A DNA stretch of 64,000 nt, from contig JAJDBK010000076.1 in assembly GCA_029261405.1 (NCBI GenBank), positions 132-64,131 of the forward strand, in the 5' to 3' direction. The position numbers and the translations under genes are program-made. How positions within the stretch are numbered: position 1 is the first letter of the stretch; each line of letters starts with the position of its first letter. This stretch comes from Nitrospinaceae bacterium (GTDB lineage Bacteria; Nitrospinota_A; UBA7883; JAJDBK01). Below, one piece after another: positions 10,265 to 19,631 of the stretch. The notes beneath the pieces are model-generated. The model saw only the letters and a list, made by a program, of their open reading frames with translations. It was not told the DNA's origin and made no database searches.

Positions 10265-10382
10265 GACCACAGCGAGTAGTGCGACCACAGCGAGTAGTGC
10301 GACTACCCCGGGTGGCCCGGCCACAGCGGGTGGCTCGACTACGGCGGGTTGCGTGACCACGGCAGGTGGCACAACCACAACG
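10265..10382. repeat. Imperfect tandem repeat of an 18-nt unit (GACCACRGCGRGTRGYGC), about 6.5 copies, filling the convergent intergenic space
   Basis: Read directly. Six consecutive 18-nt units from 10265 and a partial seventh. The first two copies are identical (gaccacagcgagtagtgc). Confidence 0.7.
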
Positions 10383-10393
10383 TTAACAGGTTG

Positions 10394-11335
10394 CTAGCTG
10401 TTTATAAAAGCCTCGGTTTTATCGATTTCGCTTACAACCTTGTCGAGAAGTTCTATCATCTCATCGATCTCCACTCCCAGGTCGTACCAGGCGCCTTCGC
10501 TCGATTTTGTGGGAAAAATGTCTCCCGGCTCAGAAAGGCCCTGATCTGAAACGATAAACTCGGAAAGATGCACAACCTGACATAGCCATTTTGTCTCTTG
10601 AGGACAACGATCCGGCTCATGGTGAAACTCTACCGCATCGTAAATCACCTCCGGTAGCCCCCATTTGGCAAGCAGTAGTGAACTGATCTCGCCATGGTCC
10701 ATTCCAAGTAGTTCTTTTTCGACCTCGTGGACCTGTCTTTGCTCCTTTTCCGCGACTTCCCTAACCTTTGCGTAATACTCCGGGAAATATATATCAAGGA
10801 TATATATTCCCATATCGTGGAGCAGGCCGGCTGTAAAGATCATGTTCTTGTCTTTTACCGGTCTTCTGGAAGCGACCAGGCTTTGGGACATCAACGCCGT
10901 TGAGATACAGTGTTTCCAGAATTTCTTATGGTCCACAAGGCCGGAGGGGCTTTCGAATATTTTCATGGCGGCGAAGGTCATGCATATCTTCCTGGTTTCC
11001 GGGACTCCGAGTCTTACCAGCGCCTGCTGTACCGTGGTGAACCTTCCGTCCACAGGCGCGTAGAACGCGGTGTTTACCAGCCGAAGAAAATGAGCCGTCA
11101 GGGAAGGGTCGGTCTCGATGATCCTCGACACGGCTGTAAGGTCTATCGACTCCTTATTCATCTCGGCATTGAGCCTGTTGATAATGTCGGGAAATGGAGG
11201 CAGATTTTCAATTCCCTGGATTTTTTTCAAAATCTCGTATTTTATAGTTTCAGAATCTTTATCCAATGATTTTACTCCATGCTCTCTTTCAGGTCCGCGT
11301 AAAATAAGAAGCGGAACTTCCTCTGACTCTTGCAA
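10394..11335 (-). CDS. HDOD-domain signalling protein
   Basis: HDOD hallmarks: LPPFPDIINRLNAEMNKESIDLTAVSRIIETDPSLTAHFLRLVNTAFY... and GLLHDMGIYILD. The ORF start shown is a TTG overlapping cheR by 47 nt, so the true start is uncertain. Confidence 0.65.
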   Translation of the reverse strand: MQESEEVPLLILRGPEREHGVKSLDKDSETIKYEILKKIQGIENLPPFPDIINRLNAEMNKESIDLTAVSRIIETDPSLTAHFLRLVNTAFYAPVDGRFTTVQQALVRLGVPETRKICMTFAAMKIFESPSGLVDHKKFWKHCISTALMSQSLVASRRPVKDKNMIFTAGLLHDMGIYILDIYFPEYYAKVREVAEKEQRQVHEVEKELLGMDHGEISSLLLAKWGLPEVIYDAVEFHHEPDRCPQETKWLCQVVHLSEFIVSDQGLSEPGDIFPTKSSEGAWYDLGVEIDEMIELLDKVVSEIDKTEAFINS

Positions 11336-12155
11336 AAAGGTCGGAGTTTCCAGTTACGCTTTCGGTGGACCCAAGAAAAAGGGAGCCATTTTTATTGAGA
11401 GTTTTTGCGAGTTTCGCGTAGAGCGCCACCTTGAAATCGTCCTTGAAATAGATCGCCACATTTCGCATGAACACAATATCGAAATTCCCCATACCGAGAA
11501 AGTCGTCCTTAAGGTTAAGGCTCTTGAATTTCACCTTCTCCTTTACCTCAGGCTTTATAGTGTGACACCTTCCTTCCTCTTTAAAATAACGATTAACCAT
11601 GTCCTGATTCATTCCCCTTTTCATCGCTATCTGGTCGTACCGGCCTGAAATAGCGATAAACATGGCGGACCTGCTTATATCGGTAGCGGTTATCTCTATC
11701 TTGTTCACCATGTCAGGCGCAATTTTTCTTGCCACCTCCAGGTAAGTCATGACAATAGAGTATGGCTCCTGCCCCGTAGAGCAGGCGGCGGACCAGATTT
11801 TGACCGAGCGCCGTTTCTTTTCCTTCAGTTCCCGAACCATGGACGGAAAGATTACTTTCTGTAGCTCGTCAAACGGTTTTGTATCCCTGAACCACAAGGT
11901 TTCGTTTGTTGTCATAGCGTCCACTAACTTGTCCCGTAACCCCATAGCGGGCCTGGTTACAGCCAGATCGTATAAGGAACGGTACGACCCTGCGCCTGTC
12001 TCTTTGAGAAGCCCGGAAAGGCGGGTTTCCACCAGGTAGGTCTTCTCGTCTCCCACGGAAATCCCACAGTTTTTTTCGATGTAATCCCTTAAGAGCCGAA
12101 ACTCATCTTTACTGATGGATGGGGGTTTATTTGATGAAGTCGTGGCGGTTTTCAT
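11289..12155 (-). CDS. cheR: chemotaxis protein methyltransferase
   Basis: EFRLLRDYIEKNCGISVGDEKTYLVETRLSGLL N-domain. The SAM-MTase core shows IWSAACSTGQEPYSIVMTY. Confidence 0.85.
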   Translation of the reverse strand: MKTATTSSNKPPSISKDEFRLLRDYIEKNCGISVGDEKTYLVETRLSGLLKETGAGSYRSLYDLAVTRPAMGLRDKLVDAMTTNETLWFRDTKPFDELQKVIFPSMVRELKEKKRRSVKIWSAACSTGQEPYSIVMTYLEVARKIAPDMVNKIEITATDISRSAMFIAISGRYDQIAMKRGMNQDMVNRYFKEEGRCHTIKPEVKEKVKFKSLNLKDDFLGMGNFDIVFMRNVAIYFKDDFKVALYAKLAKTLNKNGSLFLGSTESVTGNSDLFARVRGSSASYFTRT

Positions 12156-13255
12156 GAACGCAGAGACAGGTTCGATATATACACGGCCATATCGTCAATA
12201 TCGACCGAGATATCGTTCAAGCTTGCTTCATCTACGGCTCTTGGCATCCCGTATATCACACATGACGACTCCGACTGGGTGATGCAATAACAATTACAAT
12301 CCTTTTTTAGCGCCCTGACACCCTTGGCCCCATCAGAACCCATGCCGGTAAGAATGGCGGCCACTACTCCACTTTTACCATAAACCTCGGCTACCGACCG
12401 GAAGAGAGGATCTACAGCCGGCCTGCAGTTGTTCTCTGGTGGATCGTCGTTTATCACAACCGTGATAACTCCCATATGGCGGTTGATTACCATATGATGG
12501 CCACCCGGAGCGATGTAGACCTTACCCGGGTTGACAGCTTCTCCATGCCGCGCCTCCACTACCGTAAGGTTCGATTTCCGGTCGAGCGTCTTGGCGAGCG
12601 ATGCGGTAAACAGAGGGGGCATATGTTGAACTACCAGGACCGGCAGAGGGAAATCGGCGGGTAACTTCGGAATCAACCTGTCCAGGGCTACAGGACCGCC
12701 TGTGGAGACACCAATAACCAGCGCTTCAAATCGTTGAGGTTTCCTGACATGCGATCTTTTACGGGGAGGAACAGCGGTGCGAGAGGTCAGGCCATTAGCC
12801 GCCACCTTTGCCGCTATTGCCGGTATTACGGTTCCCCCTGTTGAGCGGAGGATTCTGGCCTTCACAACACCCGCAAGCTCCTTGACCTCATGGCGTAGCT
12901 GAGCGACGTTTTTCTCAAACGACTTGTCATCCGGCTTGCGGATAAACTCCAGAGCCCCGGAACCGAGCGCCTTGACGACAATATCGGCTTCCCGCGAGGC
13001 GAGAGCGCTCATCATGACCACCATTATTTCCGGGTGAAGTTCCTTGATCTTCTCCATGGTTTCAAAACCGTCCATCTCCGGCATATACACATCCAGCAGG
13101 ACCAGGTCAACTTTTGTGGTGTCAAGTTTTTCAAGCGCCGATTTTCCACTGAATGCGGAACCGACAACTTCAAAATCAGAGACCTCTTTCAAGGCGTCTG
13201 AAAACATCTTCCGGAAAAACACCATATCATCGACGACAAGCGCCTTGATACTCAT
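12152..13255 (-). CDS. cheB: chemotaxis response regulator protein-glutamate methylesterase
   Basis: N-terminal receiver (LVVDDMVFFRK...DLVLLDVYMPEMDG) plus C-terminal CheB methylesterase domain (ALVIGVSTGGPVAL...GMGSDGAKG). There is a 4-nt overlap with cheR. Confidence 0.85.
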   Translation of the reverse strand: MSIKALVVDDMVFFRKMFSDALKEVSDFEVVGSAFSGKSALEKLDTTKVDLVLLDVYMPEMDGFETMEKIKELHPEIMVVMMSALASREADIVVKALGSGALEFIRKPDDKSFEKNVAQLRHEVKELAGVVKARILRSTGGTVIPAIAAKVAANGLTSRTAVPPRKRSHVRKPQRFEALVIGVSTGGPVALDRLIPKLPADFPLPVLVVQHMPPLFTASLAKTLDRKSNLTVVEARHGEAVNPGKVYIAPGGHHMVINRHMGVITVVINDDPPENNCRPAVDPLFRSVAEVYGKSGVVAAILTGMGSDGAKGVRALKKDCNCYCITQSESSCVIYGMPRAVDEASLNDISVDIDDMAVYISNLSLRS

Positions 13256-13321
13256 AAATACTCCAAAACTGCAACAAACGTATTTATTACAAGTATGTGA
13301 AAAAAACTCTGTTCAGGATTA

Positions 13322-15751
13322 TTAAACCCTGAAACGTTTCACCGCGCTATCGAGCTGTTCGACAAGCCTGGATAGTTCCAGCGCTTCGGCGTTGTTCTCT
13401 GTTGCGTAGTCCGTATTGCTCCTGGCTACGGCGCTCATATCTTCGATGTTATGCAAAACACCACCTGTCGCGGTCGATACTTCCTTAATGTTCATCTCAA
13501 CCTCACCTGCCGAAGAGGAGGCGGCGGAAAAGTTTCCGGCGATCTCATTCATGGTAGCCGACTGCTCCTCCACCGCGCTTGCTATGCTGTGGGAAATATC
13601 GTTCATCTCCGTTATCACCGAGGCAATTCGCTTGATCGCCTCGACCGTCGAAAAGATGTTGGTGTGCATGGTCCCTATCTGCCCTGCAATCTCGTCTGTG
13701 GCGGTGTTGGTCTGTTTTGCAAGATCCTTCACCTCATCAGCCACTACCGCGAATCCTTTCCCGGCGTCCCCCGCAGAGGCGGCTTCAATAGTTGCGTTTA
13801 ACGCCAGAAGTTTCGTCTGATCGGCGATATCCTTGATGGTGTCAAGAACCTTGTATATCTCCCTGGACGAGTCACTAAGCAGTTTGATGGTTTCCCCTGC
13901 GGCGCTGGCCTGGGAGTCGGCGTCGTTTGCAATGTTCGACGCCCTGGAGCAGTTGTGGGCTACTTCGTTGAATGATGAACTCAGTTCCTCCACTGCGGCG
14001 GCGGACGAGCTTATGTTGCTCGACATTATCTCTGAAGAGTCGGCGATACTGCTGATATTAGACGAGGATTGCTCCACAGCCGCCGACACACTGTTCGACT
14101 TCATCGTCATCTCGTCTGACGCGCTAACCAGTCTTCGGGAGGATTTGGAGAGCGAATCGGCGGAATCAGACATGCCTGAGGAGGTAGTCACAACCGTTTC
14201 CACTATCTCCTGGATGTTCGCTACGAAGACGTTGAGCCAATGCGACATCTCTCCGATCTCATCATTCGACTTCACCTCAACGCGGGCCGTCAGATCCCCG
14301 TCCCCCTCGGCCATTTCACGAACGGCCATGGCCATCTTTCTTATAGGAATAGAAACGCTCCGCGAGATGACCACTCCGCCACTAATACCGAGAAGAAGGG
14401 CAACCAGAAAAATCACGCCAACTTTAAAAATATCGGAATGGATCTTCTCTTTTGTTTCTACCATCAGTTCTGTAAGACGTTTTTCCGTGTCCTTTTTCAA
14501 CGCCACAACATGGGGTCGCAACTCTTCAGCCGCTTTCGAAAGCTCCGTCATCGCGGTATTGATCTTTGCGTCGATGGTTACTATCTTTTTGAAAAGGGTG
14601 TGGTACTCATCAAGCAGAGTGTATAAAGGACCCGCTTCCCGCTCGGAAACAGCTTCACCGATCCCCCGTCTAAGGATCTCCACCTGGCTTGCCACACGAT
14701 CAATATATTTTTTGTCACCTCTGAGCAGGAAGTCCTTTTCATGTCGCCGCAACATCAGGAGATCACGTTCGAGTTTAATGTTCTCGAAACTTGAAAAATG
14801 GTCTTCCAGCGCATGTACACGTTTCCTGAACTGGCCTACTATTCCTTTCTCCACGAAACCTTTCTCAAAGACCAATTCGACAATATTTTCGAAACCGGAG
14901 CCATATTCGGCCAGATGCTCCACCACCTCCTTGCTCTCTTTTTCCACCAGCAGTTTGTCAAAACCCATGGACAACTGGATCGACACAATCTCATCAACCG
15001 TATATTTGATGTTCTGGATCATCTCTTTATGTTCGGTCAGTCGCCTCCGTTTTTTGTCCAGGAGAAAGCTCTCCTCAATTTTCCGCGCTTCGAGGGTATA
15101 AAGCTCAATATGCGATATCTCGCCCAGGGCGGTCCGGCTCTCCTTGATGATCCCGTCGTATTTCTCTACGGCGTTTAATACAGTGTTATATGCGTAACCG
15201 AGCGCCAGCGCCAGAACAATGTACGATACGCTCAGTCCACCTATCATCCTCCGGGCAAGAGTTCCGCCGCGAACAAACCGTGAACTTGAAGCGGACCGTT
15301 TTCTTGTCGCCTGTGTGCCAGGTTCACCATCCGAAGAAGCTTGCGAAGGTTTCATGCCCGCTCTAATCAAGTCCTGCGTATACCTTTTGTCGGCGCCGTG
15401 GATATGGTTCTTGAGCCAATCGATCAGGAACCCGAGCAGGTCAACACTAATAGCCTCACCGGCCTTGAACCGCTCCACATATCGCGTCACTTCCGCAAGC
15501 AGTTCCTCGTGTTTTTGTTTGTGGTCCTCAAACCCGGGATATCCGCATTTCATCATCTCCCGTTCTTCATTGGCGAAATGAGTGACGGTAAACTCCGTGA
15601 GACCGTTTAAGATATTCTCCAGCGCCTGGTTGCTCGATCCTTTTTTCATGGCGGCGTGAAGATCGTTGATGAACTTGAAGATCCGTTTGTGTTGGTCGTC
15701 GTAATCGGCGATACCTACGCTATAGTCATCACTCCAGTCTATGAAAGCCAT
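13322..15751 (-). CDS. methyl-accepting chemotaxis protein with N-terminal cytoplasmic hemerythrin domain, two TM helices flanking a CHASE3-like periplasmic region, and HAMP
   Basis: The first ~130 aa show hemerythrin ligand spacing ([44 protein letters not shown]). TM1 is near aa 165-190. The periplasmic region contains [14 protein letters not shown] (CHASE3-like). TM2 is near aa 440-465. The C-terminus is an MCP signalling domain ([10 protein letters not shown]..., [11 protein letters not shown]). Confidence 0.8.
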   Translation of the reverse strand: MAFIDWSDDYSVGIADYDDQHKRIFKFINDLHAAMKKGSSNQALENILNGLTEFTVTHFANEEREMMKCGYPGFEDHKQKHEELLAEVTRYVERFKAGEAISVDLLGFLIDWLKNHIHGADKRYTQDLIRAGMKPSQASSDGEPGTQATRKRSASSSRFVRGGTLARRMIGGLSVSYIVLALALGYAYNTVLNAVEKYDGIIKESRTALGEISHIELYTLEARKIEESFLLDKKRRRLTEHKEMIQNIKYTVDEIVSIQLSMGFDKLLVEKESKEVVEHLAEYGSGFENIVELVFEKGFVEKGIVGQFRKRVHALEDHFSSFENIKLERDLLMLRRHEKDFLLRGDKKYIDRVASQVEILRRGIGEAVSEREAGPLYTLLDEYHTLFKKIVTIDAKINTAMTELSKAAEELRPHVVALKKDTEKRLTELMVETKEKIHSDIFKVGVIFLVALLLGISGGVVISRSVSIPIRKMAMAVREMAEGDGDLTARVEVKSNDEIGEMSHWLNVFVANIQEIVETVVTTSSGMSDSADSLSKSSRRLVSASDEMTMKSNSVSAAVEQSSSNISSIADSSEIMSSNISSSAAAVEELSSSFNEVAHNCSRASNIANDADSQASAAGETIKLLSDSSREIYKVLDTIKDIADQTKLLALNATIEAASAGDAGKGFAVVADEVKDLAKQTNTATDEIAGQIGTMHTNIFSTVEAIKRIASVITEMNDISHSIASAVEEQSATMNEIAGNFSAASSSAGEVEMNIKEVSTATGGVLHNIEDMSAVARSNTDYATENNAEALELSRLVEQLDSAVKRFRV

Positions 15752-15887
15752 ATTCCCCTCTTCAATTGTTCCCGGTCTGTGAACATGCTACAGGCCAGAC
15801 CGTTATTAATATGTTCGTTTATTGTGGAGAATGCATTACGACACCAGGAGACAGTATCCATTTCAGAAGCGCCGATAAACATCAGGA

Positions 15888-16361
15888 TTAATTGACAGAT
15901 ACCGATTCAGGTACGTTTAAAACCACCATTAACCTTTTGTCTAGCTTAACCACCGACTTAAGGAAGCGGCTATCCATACCTCTCATGTTCGCAGGAGGTG
16001 GTTCAGTATCCGAATCTTCCACAGGATGAACTTCATCGACGTTGTCTATAAGTATGCCAACCAGATCGTCCGGCATTTTGGTTTGAGTCTCAGAGGGGAC
16101 GGAGCCTTTCAGTTCCCCGGCTGTTTTCAAAACCACACAATGCCTGTCAACGCTTTTCCCGTCCCCTTTCTTTATTCCGAATCGGGCGGAAAGATCAACG
16201 ATGGTGACTATCCTTCCCCTCAGGTTCATCAGTCCGCAGACATATTCGGGAGCGTGATCGACAGAGGTATACTCGAAGTTGTGAATGATCTCCCTTACGA
16301 GCATTATATCGATTCCGAAAAGCTCCCCGCCCATATAAAACGAGAAATATTTATGTTCCAC
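15888..16361 (-). CDS. cheW: chemotaxis coupling protein CheW
   Basis: 157 aa single CheW domain with YFSFYMGGELFGIDIMLVREII...VCGLMNLRGRIVTIVDL. Confidence 0.85.
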   Translation of the reverse strand: MEHKYFSFYMGGELFGIDIMLVREIIHNFEYTSVDHAPEYVCGLMNLRGRIVTIVDLSARFGIKKGDGKSVDRHCVVLKTAGELKGSVPSETQTKMPDDLVGILIDNVDEVHPVEDSDTEPPPANMRGMDSRFLKSVVKLDKRLMVVLNVPESVSVN

Positions 16362-16391
16362 TACTACTTTTCCCCCCTCCGGTAAAACGTT

Positions 16392-19388
16392 CTAGAGAAT
16401 TTCCTTAAGAGTGTGGATAAGCTTATCCTTGTCCAGCTTATGTTCATAAGCGGTCACTCCAGACTCAAGTCCCCTGGTGCGGTCCCGTTCAAGGGTCATG
16501 GAAGTCAGCGCCACTATGGGCAACGATTTATAGTCCCTGCTGGCCCGAACTTTCCTGGTCAGTTCAAAGCCGTTCATCCTCGGCATGTTTACGTCGGTAA
16601 TCAGGATATCGTAAGTTTCGTTTCCGCTCATGAGTTCTTCCCACGCATACTGACCGTCGATTACCGCTTTGACAGTCAAGCCGATATCCTCCAGGTATTT
16701 GGTCGTAATCGCCCTGAAAAACGCCGTATCCTCAGCCAGGAGAACCTTCTTTCCGTCAAGACCCCGCTCCGCCTTGGCATTGTCTTTATAAAGTTCGGGC
16801 GCCGCTTTCTCGTAGATTTTGTATATATCTATAAAAACGGCCATGGTGTTGTCTATCATGGAGGTTCCGAAAATACCGTCACCGCTTAAGCTATCCTTGT
16901 CCACCTCGGCGTCGGCGCTTACAACATCTTTCACTTCGGCAACGATAATACCGATAGTATGGCGAACAAGCCGTGGCACCAGCACCAGAAACTCTTCCGG
17001 AAACTCTTCCGGCGGGTTTACCGGCAGATAGTCGTGGAGTCTTATGACCCGCATAGAATGATCCTTGTACCGGACAAACTCCTTGTCGCCGATTATTTCG
17101 ATACGATCGGAAGTTATCTTGTCTATCCTGGCGATAAGATCGACGTTAATAACAAATGTCTCTTTGGTATTGTTGGTAAAGAGAAGAAGTTTCTGCATGT
17201 CAGCCAGTTTCTTCTTGATCGCCGCCCCCTTGGCGTCGAGTTCTTTCTCTTCGCCAAACTGGTCGAATCTCAAGTCCGCCCTTTGAGACAGGCCGTTAGG
17301 GTCAAGAATCATCGTGATCTTTCCATCCCCCATTATCGTCGCGCCGGAATAGATGTTTATCCCCTTTATGTAACGGGACAACGGTTTTACGACGATCTCC
17401 TCAATATCCTGAATACTATCCACCACCAGACCGAACCTGTGGGAATCGACTCGCAAAACCACAACCTGCATCGCCGAAGCCAGAGATTTCCGGCGATCAT
17501 CGATATGATCCCGATGATCCTCCTTTGAAGTATCCTCTTTGGCGATCTCCTCTTCTTTTTCGTCCGCTTCCATGTCGCGCCTGTCAATGAGGCGTGTTCT
17601 ATGCTCTTCAACCAACGAATTGGTGACCGGGTCCCGATAAAAGGTCTCTTCCGTTCCAAGAATGTCTGCGAGCCTGACGAGTGGTAACAACCTTCCCCGT
17701 CTGCGAATAACCGCTGAATCCCCCAGTTTTTCCACAAGGGTTGGTATATCCTTGCCGCGTATCCGGGTGAACTCCTCCACCGCAGTCTGCGGAATGGCAA
17801 ACCGTCTGCTTCCAACGGTCACGATAAGTGACGGGATAATTGCCATGGTCAGAGGAAGTTTTAAGGTCAGTCGTGTGCCAGAGCCGAGATTCGATTCCAG
17901 TTCTACAGCTCCGCCCAGCGATTCTATGTTGGTCCGTACCACATCCATGCCAACACCCCGACCGGAAACATCCGATACCGCCACGGCAGTGGAGAATCCG
18001 GGGGCGAAGATGAGGCGCTGGGCTTCGGAATCGGGCATTGAGGAAGCCGCTTCGCTTGTAATAATCCCTTTTTCCACCGCTTTGGCTTTAACCCTGTCAG
18101 GATCGATTCCCCTGCCGTCATCTATAATCTCAATGAGAACCTGGCCACCGTCATGCCTGGCGTTTACCGATACGGAGCCCTCCGACACCTTGCCTGCGGC
18201 CATTCTCTCGTCGGGTGTTTCGATAGCGTGATCGCCGCAATTGCGGATTATGTGAACCAGTGGGTCGGAAAGAGCCTCTATTATCGATTTGTCAACCTCC
18301 ACGTCCTTTCCGGTGATCTCAAGGTTAATCTGTTTGCCGAGGTTGCGGGAGAGATCGCGGATCAGCCGTGGAAGCTTGGAAAATACTGTACCCACAGGCT
18401 GGAGACGGGTGTGCATTATGCTCCCCTGGATGTCGCTTGTAACCTGGTCGATCTGTTTGGAGGCGATACGAATGGGCGAGATATCGGCCAATGAAACGGT
18501 GAACGACTTTAATATCTCTTCCTTGAACCTCGAAAGTTCCTGATCCAGACCCGCCTGAAGCCCTCCATTACCGTTTCCCGCAGAGCCTGCTCCCGGGTAT
18601 TCCTTTTCTACTCGGGCGATTATCGATGACAGACACTGGGTGGTTTTAGCCTCCATCTCGCCTGCGATCCCCTCTTCGCCCATCACTTCTGAGACTTTCT
18701 GGTTCAAAACGCTCATCATCTGGTTTCTGGCCAGAACCAACTCCCCGGCGAGGTTCATCAAACGATCAAGCAGTTCTATTCTGATTCTTAACGCTTCATT
18801 ACCTCGCGCTCCTGTGGAAGATCCGTCCGCTCCCGGTTGCTGACCCGATTTTCCCTTCTTCTCGACAGTCGCATTCCCAAGCTCCACCACAGGCTCAGAG
18901 GCGACCTTCGGCACATCCGGGGTTTTTTTCTTTTTCGGTTTCGGTTCGGTTTTTTCGCTGACGCTCTTCTTTTCTTCCACAGGCTCTTCCGGCGCGGGAG
19001 GGTCATCGGATATGAACGGCGACAGCAGGGCAAGCTCGTCATCAATAGGGAGACTTTCCGATGTTTCGGCGTTGTCGATCATGGTGGAGAGCTTGTCGAT
19101 TCCCTTGAACAGGGCGTCTACCAGTTTGGGATCAACCGTAAGTTCGCCATCACGGACTTTCCCCAAAGCCGTCTCCATGCCGTGAGCCAGATTGGCGATA
19201 TTCATCATCCCCATGAACGAAAAACCGCCCTTGATGCTATGGACTGTACGGAAAAGACGGTTTATCACATCTTCGGATGACTCACTTCCATGAGTTTCCA
19301 GCAAAAGCAGGTCTGGCTCTATGGTGGCCAGATGCTCTTTTGATTCAGTAATCATCTCCTGAAGGAGTTCTTCGTCTTCCAAGCTCAT
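16392..19388 (-). CDS. cheA: chemotaxis histidine kinase CheA hybrid: Hpt, dimerisation, HATPase, CheW domain, 2 additional CheW-like domains, C-terminal receiver
   Basis: Hpt (RLFRTVHSIKGGFSFMGM). HATPase G-boxes (IIDDGRGID, GRGVGMDVV). CheW-like segments (RRFAIPQTAVEEF; VVVLRVDSHRFGLVVDSIQDI; LLLFTNNTKETFVINVDLIARI). Receiver (KKVLLAEDTAFFR...ILITDVNMPRMNG). Confidence 0.85.
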   Translation of the reverse strand: MSLEDEELLQEMITESKEHLATIEPDLLLLETHGSESSEDVINRLFRTVHSIKGGFSFMGMMNIANLAHGMETALGKVRDGELTVDPKLVDALFKGIDKLSTMIDNAETSESLPIDDELALLSPFISDDPPAPEEPVEEKKSVSEKTEPKPKKKKTPDVPKVASEPVVELGNATVEKKGKSGQQPGADGSSTGARGNEALRIRIELLDRLMNLAGELVLARNQMMSVLNQKVSEVMGEEGIAGEMEAKTTQCLSSIIARVEKEYPGAGSAGNGNGGLQAGLDQELSRFKEEILKSFTVSLADISPIRIASKQIDQVTSDIQGSIMHTRLQPVGTVFSKLPRLIRDLSRNLGKQINLEITGKDVEVDKSIIEALSDPLVHIIRNCGDHAIETPDERMAAGKVSEGSVSVNARHDGGQVLIEIIDDGRGIDPDRVKAKAVEKGIITSEAASSMPDSEAQRLIFAPGFSTAVAVSDVSGRGVGMDVVRTNIESLGGAVELESNLGSGTRLTLKLPLTMAIIPSLIVTVGSRRFAIPQTAVEEFTRIRGKDIPTLVEKLGDSAVIRRRGRLLPLVRLADILGTEETFYRDPVTNSLVEEHRTRLIDRRDMEADEKEEEIAKEDTSKEDHRDHIDDRRKSLASAMQVVVLRVDSHRFGLVVDSIQDIEEIVVKPLSRYIKGINIYSGATIMGDGKITMILDPNGLSQRADLRFDQFGEEKELDAKGAAIKKKLADMQKLLLFTNNTKETFVINVDLIARIDKITSDRIEIIGDKEFVRYKDHSMRVIRLHDYLPVNPPEEFPEEFLVLVPRLVRHTIGIIVAEVKDVVSADAEVDKDSLSGDGIFGTSMIDNTMAVFIDIYKIYEKAAPELYKDNAKAERGLDGKKVLLAEDTAFFRAITTKYLEDIGLTVKAVIDGQYAWEELMSGNETYDILITDVNMPRMNGFELTRKVRASRDYKSLPIVALTSMTLERDRTRGLESGVTAYEHKLDKDKLIHTLKEIL

Positions 19389-19631
19389 TTACGCCTCGGC
19401 GCCCAGTGTTAGACTTTTTACAAACAATGGGTGATTATACGAAGTCCAACTGTAAAAATACCAGCTAATTAAAGCCTTATCTGGAATTCTGCGGTTTTCA
19501 TTATATAATCGGGTCTTGCAGAGTCGTTTTCATGATCGTACCGGGAATATCGTAGTGGTTTGCGCCTGTTTACATTTGAAACCGTCTATTTGAACGCTTC
19601 TTCTGATCGAGACTGATGAAATGCCCGGAGT

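Noticed and set aside
10052-10378. Minus-strand ORF encoding a PAVV-repeat peptide
   Set aside because: It is simply the translation of the 18-nt tandem repeat plus antisense of the hemerythrin 3-prime end. There is no independent start or RBS and no plausible fold.
10265-10382. Possibility that the tandem repeat is a CRISPR array
   Set aside because: The units are directly adjacent with no spacers, are only 18 nt long, and are degenerate rather than conserved. No cas genes are present.
11289-11335. 47-nt overlap between cheR and the HDOD ORF as called
   Set aside because: The HDOD ORF in the track begins at a TTG chosen only because it is the longest ORF. The real start is probably downstream, so the large overlap is most likely an artefact, not a programmed feature.
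13833-15101. A 422-aa plus-strand ORF and neighbouring long ORFs (13416-13820, 14240-14626, 14798-15178) inside the MCP gene
   Set aside because: They are antisense to a strongly supported MCP gene, and their products are low-complexity Ser/Ala/Leu-rich. The MCP coiled-coil repeat region commonly generates long antisense ORFs.
17662-18231. Antisense ORFs within the first cheA (for example 16959-17528, 17662-18231, 18837-19280)
   Set aside because: They are antisense to a canonical CheA. Their composition is typical of shadow ORFs in GC-rich coding sequence.
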